This document shows positions 37,445 to 50,044 of a stretch of DNA of 64,000 nt, piece after piece. Location of the stretch: contig NC_043000.1 in assembly GCF_006345805.1 (NCBI RefSeq), positions 82,770,001 to 82,834,000 of the forward strand. Direction: 5' to 3'. The number at the start of each line of letters is the position of its first letter. Within the stretch, counting starts at the first letter, position 1. The notes beneath the pieces are model-generated. The model was given only the letters and a program-made list of their open reading frames with translations, was not told the DNA's origin and ran no database searches. Both the position numbers and the translations under genes were made by a program. Source of the DNA: Octopus sinensis (lineage: Eukaryota).

Positions 37445-38090
37445 GGACAGACTTTTTATTTTGATTTTATGTATATATGTATGTATATATGTATGAGCCA
37501 ATGAGGGAGACATCTGCATGATAGGTAGACCCGGTAGAAATAGCTGCCAAATCTCCCTTATAACACCCTACTATCTTAATCCGACAATTCTGCCTATTAT
37601 GTAGTGTGAATGAGAAATTGTAACTAAAGATTAAGATTATTAACCCCAAACTTGGACGGTTTTAAGTAGTGGAGATGTAGTGATTGTATGTTGTGGTTAC
37701 TTTTGACTGTTTCTTCTCAATAAGGATAATTGATTGATAACAAATCTTAACACAATATACATACAATTTCAAGTGGAATCGGGCATCATAAGAGAGACAG
37801 AGAGAGGAAAGAGAGACAGCATAGCGACGGCTTTGGCTGACTGTCATCCTGTACTCCCCTTGTTGCTAGCGAAATGGTATGTGCTGGCTGTCTGAGCAAA
37901 CACGTTGCTTTTAATGGCGGAACAAACAGGACAAAAAGATTACAAAAATAGCGATTCTCGCTTTGAAACTAACAATTTTGAAAATCTTTTTCGATTACGG
38001 AACGCCATGTTTAAAATTTCAGCGCGATCGGATGAACAACGCTCGTATAAGCGCACAAACAGACAGACAGAACGGACTTTATATATTAGA
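36476..38090 (-). mobile_element. Non-autonomous Helitron with both termini
   Basis: 5' A|TCTAATATATAAA at 38090; 3' hairpin CCTGAGCAACGCCGGG then GCTAC|T (degenerate CTAG|T) at 36476. Confidence 0.75.
36741..36992 (-). pseudogene. Helitron Rep/Hel N-terminal fragment
   Basis: CCSYCQVTL..P..PLMDLL.G....KDFLNNIRQYNSAFQMTSFGA..FTPTLKF matches the recalled Helitron CC..G.V.L...FL.NIR.YNSAFQMTSFG motif. Confidence 0.88.
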
Positions 38091-39071
38091 TTATTTGTGC
38101 ATTTTAAGGCAGGTTGACAGAATCATTAGCACGATGAACAGAATGCTTAGCGGAATTTCGTCCGATTTACGACCTGGTCACTGGACTGCTTCGATTCTAC
38201 GACACCACTGTGGTGAGTTATAATCACAAACACAGTGACACACGCATTCCTACCCGCCATTGCTTCTTGACCAAACTATTTTGGCGCCCTTTTTTTCTTC
38301 CCCCCTCTTCCTCCCATCCTCCTCAATCCCTTCTCTCTCTTTTTCTCTCGGTCTCTGACTGATTCTATCCCCTGCCTTCCACCCTCTTTGATTCCCTCTC
38401 TCTCTGTCTCTCTTTCTCTCTCTCCCCTGCAACCTGCTGCTTCTCCACCATTTCGTTGGCGATCGTATCTCGCCAACATCTGTATTTGTCACCTCTACCG
38501 AAAAGGTAATTATTTCTACGCCTGCTGCTATGTTTGTTGTTTTGTCTCATTTGGTCTAAAGTCGTATGACAACCACCGTTATATTATATTTTGTTTAACC
38601 GTTACCGTTTTCAATTTCGTTTTCGTCTCTCGTATTTACATCCGTCTCGTGCGTTTACATTCTTGTCTTCTACCAAGAAATCTAATGCTTACAGCTTAGT
38701 TTTTTTTTTCTTGGGGCTGGCCGAGTTGGAGCAAATATCAGAATTGAACAGCCGAAATTTGCTATGATGATTCGGTGTCTGACTGAAGATTGAAGGCTTC
38801 GAATGATTTGTCTGTGTTCCGTGTTTGTCCCTTCCTGTATTTCACGTTCTTTATATATAAAACATTTATTCTTATATATGTATATACATACACTGAGGAT
38901 TTGGGGATCTTCTGTGTCCGTTTTTCGTTTGTGCATTTATTGCTTTTTAACTTATTTCATAGAACGCCATGTGCCCTTATTTTGTTACAGAAAGTGTTTT
39001 TATATTTTCGTACAAAGTCTATTCCTATCCTTTCTTTCCCTTTTAACCTCTCTCTCTCTCTCTCTCTCTCG

Positions 39072-39139
<68 letters not shown>

Positions 39140-39217
39140 GTATCCATCTATCTATTTCTCTATCTCTGTCTCTATGTCTCTTTATCTTCCTCTCTCTTTG
39201 TCCCCTTCCCTCACTGC

Positions 39218-39260
<43 letters not shown>

Positions 39261-39689
39261 GATCTACCATTTTTCTCTCTCCTACTACTGACACGTGACC
39301 GGTGGTCATCGTCATCTTTTATTCTCTCTCCTTCCTTTTTCACACCGACTGCCGAAGTGACTGGTCGTGTTTTCTCTCGTCTCCTACTTTCAACCCTTTT
39401 CGCTCTCTCTTTGTTGTCCTTCTGTTTGTAATCCTCTAAGATATTCCTCCTGATATTAACCACCTTTACGTCTCTTGTCTAGTCCTAAAGCCGTATTCTC
39501 TTTATTTCAGTTTGTTAGTATGTCCTCATTTCGCGTTTGTCCCTTGTCCGTTCACGAATGGTCTCGTTTTGAATCACGCTAAGTTCGTATTTGCATGTTC
39601 ACTTTCTGTATTGTGGGGGCAAAGGAAAGTAATTGCGTCACTCATAGCCTCTCCTTTCCAGGTGTAATGATCGCTGCAGAACTTCTACT

Positions 39690-40200
39690 TGGCTGCGCCT
39701 TGCGGAAAGTTCTTGCTAATGGCCTCTCCTGCACTACTGTGTCCACAGCAGCACCTTCACGCAGTACCCCCTGTTCTCACTGAGCCTGCTGTGTGGCGCG
39801 ACCGGGTGCTTGGCGGTATAACCAGGTGGGCAGACTGGGCTCGTTAGCCTTGGTTGGCAGCCAGTCTAGGAGAAGGAAAACTCTGACTCCAAACCCTCGC
39901 TTCGCTGCCTTGCGGATGCTCTTGGGAGAGGGAAAGGCCATGGGAGTAAACCCAGACAGAAAATCCGGAGTCGAGCCCCGAAGGCGGTAGGGTGTCGAAT
40001 CTCGACCCCTTTCCGGCAACTCCTGCAGCCAACCAGACTCCAAACGTACTGCACTGCATTCCTTTGGATTATGTCTGGGGGGCCGAGAGGGAGATTCTGG
40101 TGTCTGGGCAGCCCAGTGTCTTCGTTTCTACCGCCCAGGCTTGCGCCATGGGGAAACTACTCCATCGATGGAACAAGCTGAGATGGCAGTTACGAGTTAT
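39690..40200 (+). mobile_element. RTE-clade LINE 5' UTR-like fragment
   Basis: GGTTGGCAGCCAGTCTAGGAGAAGGAAAACTCTGACTCCAAACC (39852-39895), recalled as a conserved RTE/BovB 5' motif; GC-rich island with no ORF following. Confidence 0.6.
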
Positions 40201-40494
40201 AAGCCAGGGTGAATTGTAAAGAAAGTTTCTGTATTGCATATTTGTTTATTTCTTGTTTGTTCACTTTCTGTTATGCTCGGTCCCTTGTTCGTTGGCTCGC
40301 CATTTCCCGGCAGCTACTTGCTGCCGGCGCTATCAGAGGAAATCGAAATTGCCGTTGAAGGTGCAGAATTGCATTTGACCCTCTGGCCGATAACTGGCGA
40401 GAATTTGGTGACCATTTTCCGTGTGTTTGCGCATTTATTAAGTGTTTTTTTTTAACTTATCATTTAATGGAACGCCACGTACCCTTAATTTGTT

Positions 40495-40684
40495 TACATA
40501 CATACATAAACGTGCTTGCATACTTGCATATATACATACATACTTGCACGCATACATACATACATGCAAACGTACGTACATACATACATGCATACAAACG
40601 TACGTACGTACGTACATACATACATACATACATACATATATACATACATACATACATACATACATACATACATACATACATACA

Positions 40685-40715
<31 letters not shown>
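40495..40715. repeat. (TACA)n microsatellite
   Basis: Direct reading. Confidence 0.95.
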
Positions 40716-40717
<2 letters not shown>

Positions 40718-41096
40718 GTAAAGGTTGGACCTTTGCGTTTTTCATATATATTTGCAGACATAGGTCGCTCAATAGGCACATTTAGGCAAAGTAACTCATC
40801 TTCTATACAAAAATATCACTCAACATAACCTCCATCACAAGCGATTTATTTACGATATCGTTGAGGCTTATGCTCAAATCTCCCTGGAAAAAAATCAGGT
40901 GTGCACTATTGTACCCACTTCCTCACATTCACTTTCACCTCTAGTTTCACCAAGTAGAAGATAGAGGACCACTGACCAGCTCAATTTACCAAAACTTATG
41001 TGGTCACATATTGTCGTGGTAAAAGTATATTTAGTGTAGAAGCGTTTTTAGGTCGTATATATCTTTTATTTCGTCTAAAATAATGTGAAAGTCGAA

Positions 41097-41480
41097 GGCG
41101 GCGAGCTGGCAGAAACGTTAGCACGCCAGGCGAAATGCTTAGCGGTATTTCGTCTGCCGCTACGTACTGAGTTCAAATTCCGCCGAGGTCGACTTTGCCT
41201 TTCATCCTTTCAGAGTCGATTAAATAAGTACCAGTTACGCACTTGGGTAGATATAATCGACTTAATCCGTTTGTCTCTCCTTGTTTGTCCTCTCTGTGTT
41301 TAGCCTCTTGTGGGTAGTAAAGAATTAGGTTTCGCTCGTCTTCTCGTTCTGAGTTCAAATGCCCTTCATCCTTTCGAGGTCGATAAAGTAAGTACTAGTC
41401 GAGCACTGCGGTTGATGTTGTTGACTTACACTTTCCTCCGCAATTGCAGGCCTTGTGCCAAAATCTGAAACCAATGATTG
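41097..41480 (+). mobile_element. Family A SINE (tail A, 41097-41310) followed by a partial tail-B copy
   Basis: Full head, body and tail A ending GTAGTAAAGAATTAGG, then body resumes and ends GGCCTTGTGCCAAAATCTGAAACCAAT. Confidence 0.88.
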
Positions 41481-41735
41481 GGAGATTGCTTGAAGAGTTT
41501 CATCCGGTTATTCAAAGAGCTTTGTTGCGTCTTATCTTTTTATCAGTTAATGAATTTGAGTTCATGGTTTCGATAGTCCTTAATTCGGAGAGGGACCAAT
41601 ATTGCGTTTTTAACCCGTGCTTGTCTGCGGGTATCTCGGTAACTCCTTTCTCATATAAAAAACAAAAACAAATGGATTTCCATCGCAAGCACTTGATTAT
41701 TATTTCCATATTAACATGCATGTGTGTGTGTATGT

Positions 41736-41797
<62 letters not shown>

Positions 41798-41846
41798 CAT
41801 GTCACGCTTGATTTTAACTAGTAACGCTATTTATATACCATATATC

Positions 41847-42033
41847 TATTTCTTTATTACCCACAAGGGGCTAAAGACAGAGGGGACAAACAAGGACAGA
41901 CATAGGTATTAGGTCGATTACATCGACCCCAGTACGTAACTGGTACTTAATTTATCGACCCCGAAAGGATGAAAGGCAAAGTCGACCTCGGCGGAATTTG
42001 AACTCAGAACGTTAACGACAGACGAAATACGGC
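41847..42033 (-). mobile_element. 5'-truncated family A SINE (tail A) with an 11-bp TSD
   Basis: TACCATATATC at 41836-41846 and 42034-42044. Confidence 0.9.
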
Positions 42034-44059
42034 TACCATATATCGAGCTGTAAAATTACACAAGCGTCTCTTTTTACTTTCTCTCTCTACTTCTTTATAT
42101 CCCCTTTTCTCCCCCCTTTCTCACTGGCTCTCCCCTCTTTCCTCCCTTCCCCCTTCTCTCTCTACTCCTCTCTATTTGTCTCTATTTTTGTCTTTCTTTC
42201 TCTATCGCTGTTCTTTTCTCTGAATCTTTCACTCACTTTTTGCTGCCATTCTTTCCCCTTCCCATCATTCCCTCTTTTCCCCTCTCTCCTCTCTGCCCTC
42301 CCTCTCTCTCACCTTCTCTCTCTCTCTCCCTCTCTCTCTGCCATTATCGGATGACCTCTTCCCCTACACTTTCTCTCTCTACATAAATACACACCGATAC
42401 ATTGACCTTATACTTCCTATCCAGAATCCTTTAGCTCTCGGACACCTATCTATTGCATCAACCGATGTAAATTTTCTTCTGTCGGTAGTAGAAAGGTTTC
42501 AATGATATCCGAATCGATATAATATCGAACATCCTTCAGAAATTCACTTACTATCACAGACACGACATTGTATCCTTAACCAATACATTTTGTTATCAAT
42601 GGAAGAATTCACTTAGATTTTGACGTGACTGCTGGGCGATGCTCTCTACCTAAGTCTATGTAGGTACCACAAATGTAGAATAATCCAACAGGCTAAAAGC
42701 AGGTGCCACAGGTTGTGTAATCTATCTAGCTGTAACTGGGTAACACGGATGGAGTCTACCTAATTTTCAGTAGGTGCCTTAGATGATATACTTCAAGAAG
42801 CTTTAAGTAGGCACTACAGAATGGTAGTTTAGTTCACAAAGTTCCTAGTAAATGCTAATAGATGGTACAGTTAACCCGGTATTATGTATATGTAGAAGCT
42901 GTATAGCTTACCTAGCCCTAATATGTACTAAAAGGTAATTTAACTTAACTGGCTACAAGTAGTTGCCAGACTAATAGACAATACACTTACCTGTAGTAAG
43001 GTAATATACAGTAGTATAATCCATCTGGCTGTAACTAGGCTTCAGGGTTGTACGGTTGACCTAGCTATAACTAGGGACTAAATGAAAGTATAGTTCACCT
43101 AATAGTAACTAAGTACCATGGGATTTTACAGCTCACTAAGCTTCAATTAGAGACCAAGATATAATGCAGAACAACTGGTTATTAAGTAGGAATGACGGAA
43201 TGTTACAGCCCACTAAGATAATATAGGCAGACCAGATAAGTCCTATAGTGTAACAATATGGCTATCTTCATTGCTATCTTCACTGTTTGAGAAAAACATT
43301 AGGAATGATCTCGTTTGAAATTACAAACATCTTTGGCTAGTTTAACCTTGTTGTGTCCACTGATCTGATTGGTTAGCATCTAAGCGCGGTCTGTCTCTCT
43401 ACTTATTTCGCGCCAGTGTGTAAACTGACCAATCACGGCTTTCGGATAGGACCTTTCATTTGAGCCATCTTAATTTCATAAATAGGCTGATTATTTGATG
43501 ATTCACCGTCTTTCGGCTTAAGACCTTTTAAGGTCTTAATCGAAGACCACACAGAGCTTACTCAACCATGTTCCAGTTCGAAAGGCAGACGACAGCCAAG
43601 CCAACCATACTATGAAGACGCTATTGTAAACCAGCGACAGACAGAACGTCATCACCAACATCGTCTCTATCTACGAAGATTTCAACTTGTACACAACAAG
43701 ATAAATACAGATTCAACTCATGCTGTTAGTGTGAAAATCTCACCACGGAAAAACAGTTGCAGTATATATATCTGAAAGAATATCTATATCAAGAGAAAAA
43801 TATGCACAAGTGACTCAACAAATCTCCGCTCCGAGACTCAAATCTTGTTATAGAACTCATTATCGTCTCCTACATGAACTGGTAAAATAACTCTAAAGTA
43901 ACTCCATTTTAACTCAAATTGTTGAGACTTCTCTTATGCTCTGTTGTATTTGCATACACCTTATTCTGTACTTCTGTAGCACACACGAACACACAGACAA
44001 ATATTATAAGCATGCATTCATGACACAACACTACGCTAATAATCACAAATCACTTTGTA

Positions 44060-44620
44060 CACTGTGAATAAAATCTATCTTCTCTTTATAAAAGTAGAAC
44101 GGTTTTGGGCGTCCTTTATTCATTTACTTTGGCACTGTATACAAACATGTATTATGGCTTCTATAACAATATGTTATGTTGGGATGCGGCCGTGCGCTGT
44201 TGTACAAAAGGAGAAATATGTCACCAAACTCCTCACGTACGGTCGTATTCTAACAATAGTTATGGATCTTAGTATAATTATAGTATTTATCTGTTCACCG
44301 ACACACTGCAATCATCAGCTCACCGATACGCTTCTTTTTTTTTTCTGCTTGTATAACGGCCTCAGCTCATCTAACTTAGTAATCTGTGTATCCCATCCTT
44401 TCAAACTAATCACATGTTCCCGATTTTTCTTATTTCATAATCCTTTTTGCGCTGCATCATTTCTGCGTCCCATCCTTTCCAATAAGACACTGCACATTTT
44501 TCGCCAGTCATTACGTGCAAGAGCTGAAACCCTACAAGAATTCCCCCTCTTTCCCCATTGTTTTCCCGGCAAACTTTGAACCTACTGATTTTCAAACAGA
44601 CCATCAATCTAGCCAATTTA
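44060..44620 (+). pseudogene. Fossil LINE ORF2 3' end (same family as 31330)
   Basis: LYNGLSSSNL...SRF..HNPF...HIFRQS..RA...P.FPHCFP resembles the YYNG.CS.EL..TR..HP..SF..RT..LWN.LP..FP pattern. Confidence 0.5.
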
Positions 44621-44729
44621 AGAGGGATCAGAAAGGTTATGAATGTTGTCCTTCATTACATCGTGGTACTAATTTAACAGGGAAAAAATGCACTAATTAA
44701 ATGAGTACAGCTATTAATCCAATGTTTCT

Positions 44730-45060
44730 GTGCTACATTTTTTTTACAGTTTCAATCCAGTTAAGGAGTAACTGAAGCAAGAATAACATGCTTGCTATTG
44801 TCAAACATGTACTGTTTACACCCTTTTCGATAACAGACAACTTCTAAATCAGTTAAGTGATAGCTAAAGTAAGAATAATGTCTAGTATTGTCAGAAATAA
44901 GCCTTTTCTTCTTTTCTACAACAAACGAGTTGTTCCATCTCAGTTAAAGAGTAGTTGAAGAAGAAACAAAATATCTGCTCTTATCAAGTATAAGCTTTGC
45001 CCCCTCTTTCTATAGCGAATGAACAGTTCCATTTGAGTTAGACGGTAGGGCAGAGGTGAC
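44730..45060. repeat. Diverged ~92-bp minisatellite (about 4 units)
   Basis: CAGTTAA anchor at 44758, 44850 and 44941, GAGTTA at 45035. Confidence 0.65.
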
Positions 45061-46789
45061 AAAATGGTCGCCATTCCAAGAGATCATTTCTGTTCCTTTC
45101 ATCTACTCAGTATGAACAGGTCCGTACGACTGGAAGGGGAGATAAATATGTCAGATAATGGCTGCTGTTATCAGATATAAGCTATGTCCCCTAACGGCCA
45201 ATAGACAGGTCCAAATCAGATAAAGAGAAAGTGAAAAGAGGCAGCGAGAAAATGGCTGCCGTTACCGATGCGTGTGCGCGGTGGAAGGTCTGGAGGTTGT
45301 TGTATCTTGAATGTCAGTAGTTTATGGTAAAATATCGCAAAGATCGTTTTCCTTTGATGGGCAAAGGTTAAATAAGCAAGGGCGGAAGTTTGCTTTCGAG
45401 TGGCTTTTGTTATAATTGTTGTTGTGGTTGTTGTTGTTGTTGTTGTTGTTGTCATTGTTATCGTTAATGATGTGGGTTTTTGTTTTTTTTAGGTATTTTT
45501 GTTGATGGTTAATTATTGTTGTTCGTTGACATTTGTTGCTGTTGGTGTTGTCGCTGTTTTACGGTACTGATGTGATTATTGTTGCTTTTGCTGTTGTTGC
45601 TGAGATTGCTGATGGTTTTCATGTTGCTGTTGTTGTTGATGTTGTTATTGTTGTTGTTGTTGTTGCTGTTGTTGTCGATAACGATGATCATTCTCCTCAT
45701 CATCATCACCATCATCATCGTCACCATCATCATCATCATTATCATCATGTGCAAATTTTAGCAGATCGGGAAAATATTGGGAGTTTGCTGCTGTTATCGA
45801 TTATGAAGGAGTAAGAAGAAGGAGAGGAAGAGAAGGAAGATGGAGAGAGAGAGACAGACAGAGACAGAGACAGAAAGACAGAGAAATAGAGGAGGAGGAG
45901 ATTTTGTTAATTGCTCAATATTGTTGTCTATGATTTTTGTTGTTTATGTAATTATGGAAATTTTCTGCAGTCGATGTTGACGTTGTTGATTCCGTTGATG
46001 TTGATGCCGACCACTAAAGGTTGCAATTGTTGTCGGTTTATGGCTGAATGTGTTGTTTATAAGTGGCGGTTTTCGTGTTGCTGTTGTTGGCAGTGGCGTT
46101 AGAGTTCTCACTGGCCGGATGTATGATGATAGCAGTGATAGCGGTGGTGACGTGATTGCAGCGGAAGTGGTGATAAGTGGTGATAAGTGGGGGTAGCGGC
46201 GGCGGCGGTGGTGGTGGTGGTGGTGGCGGTGATTGCGATGGTAGCTACGATGGTGACGGTGGTGGCAGCTGTGGTGGTGGTGGTGGAAGCAGTCAATGTC
46301 AGTAGTCGTGGTGGTTGGGGCGATGGTAGCGGTGGTTGTTGTTGTTATTAGTGGTGGTGTTGTCGGCGACGGCGGTGACGTTGGTGGTGACGGGGAGGTG
46401 TCTAGTGTTGTTACATTTTCTCACTCTCTTTTTCTTTTTTTTACTGACTCTTCTTGCTTAAAAGGTATACAAACAACAAATAACAACAGACAACAAGAAT
46501 AACAAAGAACAACAGCAACAAAGAAAATGCTAAACAACATTTGATATCGGCCACAAATAATAGATTCAGCAATGTTATCATTGGGATCACCTCCATGATC
46601 ATCCTCATCCTCACCACTATCAACACTACCACAGCCACCATCATCACTGTCATCATCATCATCATCATCATCATCACCGACATAACAATCATCACCATTG
46701 TTCCTACATCCTCGCCGCCACTATCACCACCACCATCATCACCTCCACCACAACCATAACAATGATCAGCATCACCATCATCATATCAA

Positions 46790-46990
46790 GCCACGTGGCC
46801 TAGTGGTTAGGATGTTCTGTTCAAGATCATAGAGTCGTGGATTCCATTCCTAGATTAGGCAGAGCTTTTTGTCCTTTAGCAAGACGCTTCGTTACTCGGC
46901 AGTAATGAGTACCAACAGGTTGTTAGTGCAGCCCTCCCTCCCTCAAGCTGTCACGTCCTGAACATTCTACAGGGCTGTGAGGGGTGGGGG
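46790..46990 (+). mobile_element. Diverged tRNA-derived SINE
   Basis: A-box TGGCCTAGTGG (46796-46806), B-box-like GGATTCCATTCC, AATGAGTACC core. Confidence 0.55.
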
Positions 46991-47152
46991 TGGCCGAATG
47001 GTTGACTATGTCTTGTTTGCGGTTACATAAACACTTGAAACACATAGGGAAAGCACAGCAAATATTTCTCAGCCATATTTGCTCGCAAGTGACGACTGAC
47101 CGTAATGTAAGAGAATCATAATGATCCCTGTCACCACCACCACCACTACAAA

Positions 47153-47236
<84 letters not shown>

Positions 47237-47317
47237 CATCATCGTCATCATTATCAACATCACCACGATAATCATCACCATCATCATCAGCGTAAAGATG
47301 ATCACAGCCATTACTCG

Positions 47318-47356
<39 letters not shown>

Positions 47357-47371
47357 CATTATCATAAATCA

Positions 47372-47595
47372 AGGCTGTGAGCTGGCAGAATCGTTGGTAT
47401 GCCGTTCTAAATGCCTATCGGCTTTTCGTCCGTCTTCACGTTTGAGCTCAAATTCCAGCGAGGTCGACTTTGCCTTTCATCCCTTCGGGATCGATAAATT
47501 AAGTATCAGTGACACACTGGGATTGGTGTAATCGACTTACTCCATTTCCCGAACTCCGAACTTGATGGTCTTGTACTAAAATTTGAAACCATTAT
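47372..47595 (+). mobile_element. Family A SINE (tail B)
   Basis: Head, central domain and tail CTTGTACTAAAATTTGAAACCATTATT. Confidence 0.85.
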
Positions 47596-47679
47596 TATCA
47601 TAAACCTAATCACCATCGTCACCACTATCACTATCATCACAATCATCATTACTATCACCATCACCGTAACTATCATCAC

Positions 47680-47742
<63 letters not shown>

Positions 47743-48288
47743 AACCATCATCATCATTATAAACATCGTTGTCATCACCATCCATACTATGTACCGTTAC
47801 TTCCTCAATTCACGAGCAGTGATACTTGTTTTATCGTCTGTAAAATATTGCTTATATGAAATCACACGGACACCAGATACAAAAATCTCATCCTAGGATA
47901 CGGAACAGCTGCCTAAGTTTCGTGCTGATGCATACAGACTATTGCAAGGAAGTGTACAATATTTGGTGGCATAAAATCAATGCGTGTGTGTGTATGTGTG
48001 TGTGCATGTGTATGTGTGTGTGAGTGTGGGTGTGCATGTTTGTACATGCTGCTTGATCTTAGAGGCGTAAAATATTAACTGTATAAAATATTCAACGCCT
48101 TGTTAAGTAGACTGAAATCTATATTTTGCAAGAGTGATAGTGATTTCGAAGTTTTACCTGTTAAAGCTTTTCGAACTGAGCAGAAAAATGGATACTTGTC
48201 ATACACATAAGTACATGCACGCATACACACACTCACACTACACATATACACGCAATACAAACACAAGAGCAGGCACGCACACGCACAC

Positions 48289-48332
<44 letters not shown>

Positions 48333-48339
48333 GAACCAC

Positions 48340-48341
48340 AC

Positions 48342-48420
<79 letters not shown>

Positions 48421-48449
48421 CAGATAGATAGGCAGATAGGCAGATAGAC

Positions 48450-48504
<55 letters not shown>

Positions 48505-48511
48505 CAGAACT

Positions 48512-48563
<52 letters not shown>

Positions 48564-48574
48564 TACAGACAGAC

Positions 48575-48627
<53 letters not shown>

Positions 48628-48662
48628 TACAGACAGACAGATAGATAGATAGATAGATAGAT

Positions 48663-48692
<30 letters not shown>
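48340..48692. repeat. (GATA)n array at the 3' end of Tx1-like copy 1
   Basis: Direct reading. Confidence 0.97.
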
Positions 48693-48693
<1 letters not shown>

Positions 48694-49640
48694 TGTTTCT
48701 TTATTAGCCACACAGGGCTGCACACAGATAGAACAAATTACAAGGTAGAGCTTTTCTTTTGAAGGTTTAAAAAAAAAAAATAATAATAATAATAATAATA
48801 ATAAAATAAAAAATAAAATAAAATAAAAAAGGGGGGGTCGATCAAAAGGGATCGTAAAAGGAGAGAAAGAGGACAAAAAAGGGGGGTTAAAAAAAAGGGG
48901 GGGGTTAAAAAAAAAAAGGGGGAGAGGAAAAAAAATTGATCAATAGGGATCGTTATCACAGAAATGTCAATATGAAGTGTAAAGGGGAGGACAGGTGAGG
49001 TTTACCCGTGGAAAGAAAAGCCTACGGAAAAGACCACGGTAACCTCGGTCAATGATGTCACATGTTATATTTCTTTTTTTTTTTTTTGCAAATAAGCAAC
49101 TCTCTGTATTAATTTTTACGGTTCATAGAATCATAGTCAAGGTGGCTTCGTCATTCATACGTGCCATCCTTGCTACATTCACCCATCTTTTTTTAAAACA
49201 TTCACTAGACAAAACTTGCCTCTCTACTCTCACTTTTTTCTTCAAGTTGATGAGAGATTGACCAGAGAGGAAAGTGTTTGTCTCTAATCCTTTCAGACGC
49301 GTCCACCAGATACATTCTTTCGCCATAGCCACAAGTATGATAAAAATAGCTCTTCCTTCCCGTTTGAAGGAAGGAGGCGTGACGATATTAACGATAGACT
49401 CGGCGGATAAACCGACACGTCCCACACGTGACAGCAGTCGTTCGACATAAGCCCACAGGTGGGAAATTGCTGGACACTGCACGATTGCGTGCAGAGCGGT
49501 TTCGTCGCTCTGCCCGCATCTCGGGCAGGTCGGCCCCGTGTTTCTCGAGCCATGCCTATAGAGCTTATCCCGAACGGGTAGCGCTTCTCGGTAGCACCGC
49601 CAGGCCAGGGATCTCTGGAAGTTGTCCATAGGTCCCGGGC
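48693..49640 (-). mobile_element. L1/Tx1-like LINE, 5'-truncated copy 1 (~950 bp)
   Basis: Near-identical to 49699-50575; 15-nt deletion; (GATA)n at both junctions. Confidence 0.95.
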
Positions 49641-49699
<59 letters not shown>

Positions 49700-50044
49700 T
49701 GTTTCTTTATTAGCCACATAGGGCTGCACACAGACAGGACAAATTACAAGGTAGAGCTTTTCTTTGGGGGGTAAAAAAGGGGGTTTGGTTTTCGATCAAA
49801 AGGGATCGTAAAAGGAAAGAAAAAGGACAAAAAAAAGGGGGGGGATAAAATTTTTTAAAAGGGGGGAGAGGGAAAGGAGGGATCGTTATCACAGAAATGT
49901 CAATATAAAGTGTAAAGGGGAGCACAGGTGAGGTTACCCGTGGAAAGAAAAGCCTACGGAAAAGACCACGGTAACCTCGGTCAATGAAGTCACATGTTAT
50001 ATTTTTTTTACAAATAAGCAACTCTCTGCATTAATTTTTACGGT

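Larger units (their letters stand above)
45410..47790. repeat. Trinucleotide low-complexity zone ((GTT)n, (CAT)n, (GGT)n, (ATT)n)
   Basis: Direct reading; source of the poly-M/I/D/T ORFs. Confidence 0.9.

Noticed and set aside
45252-45320. AAAATGGCTGCC Kozak/YY1-like start (MAAVTDACARWK..)
   Set aside because: Only 22 codons, a weak donor and no other support.
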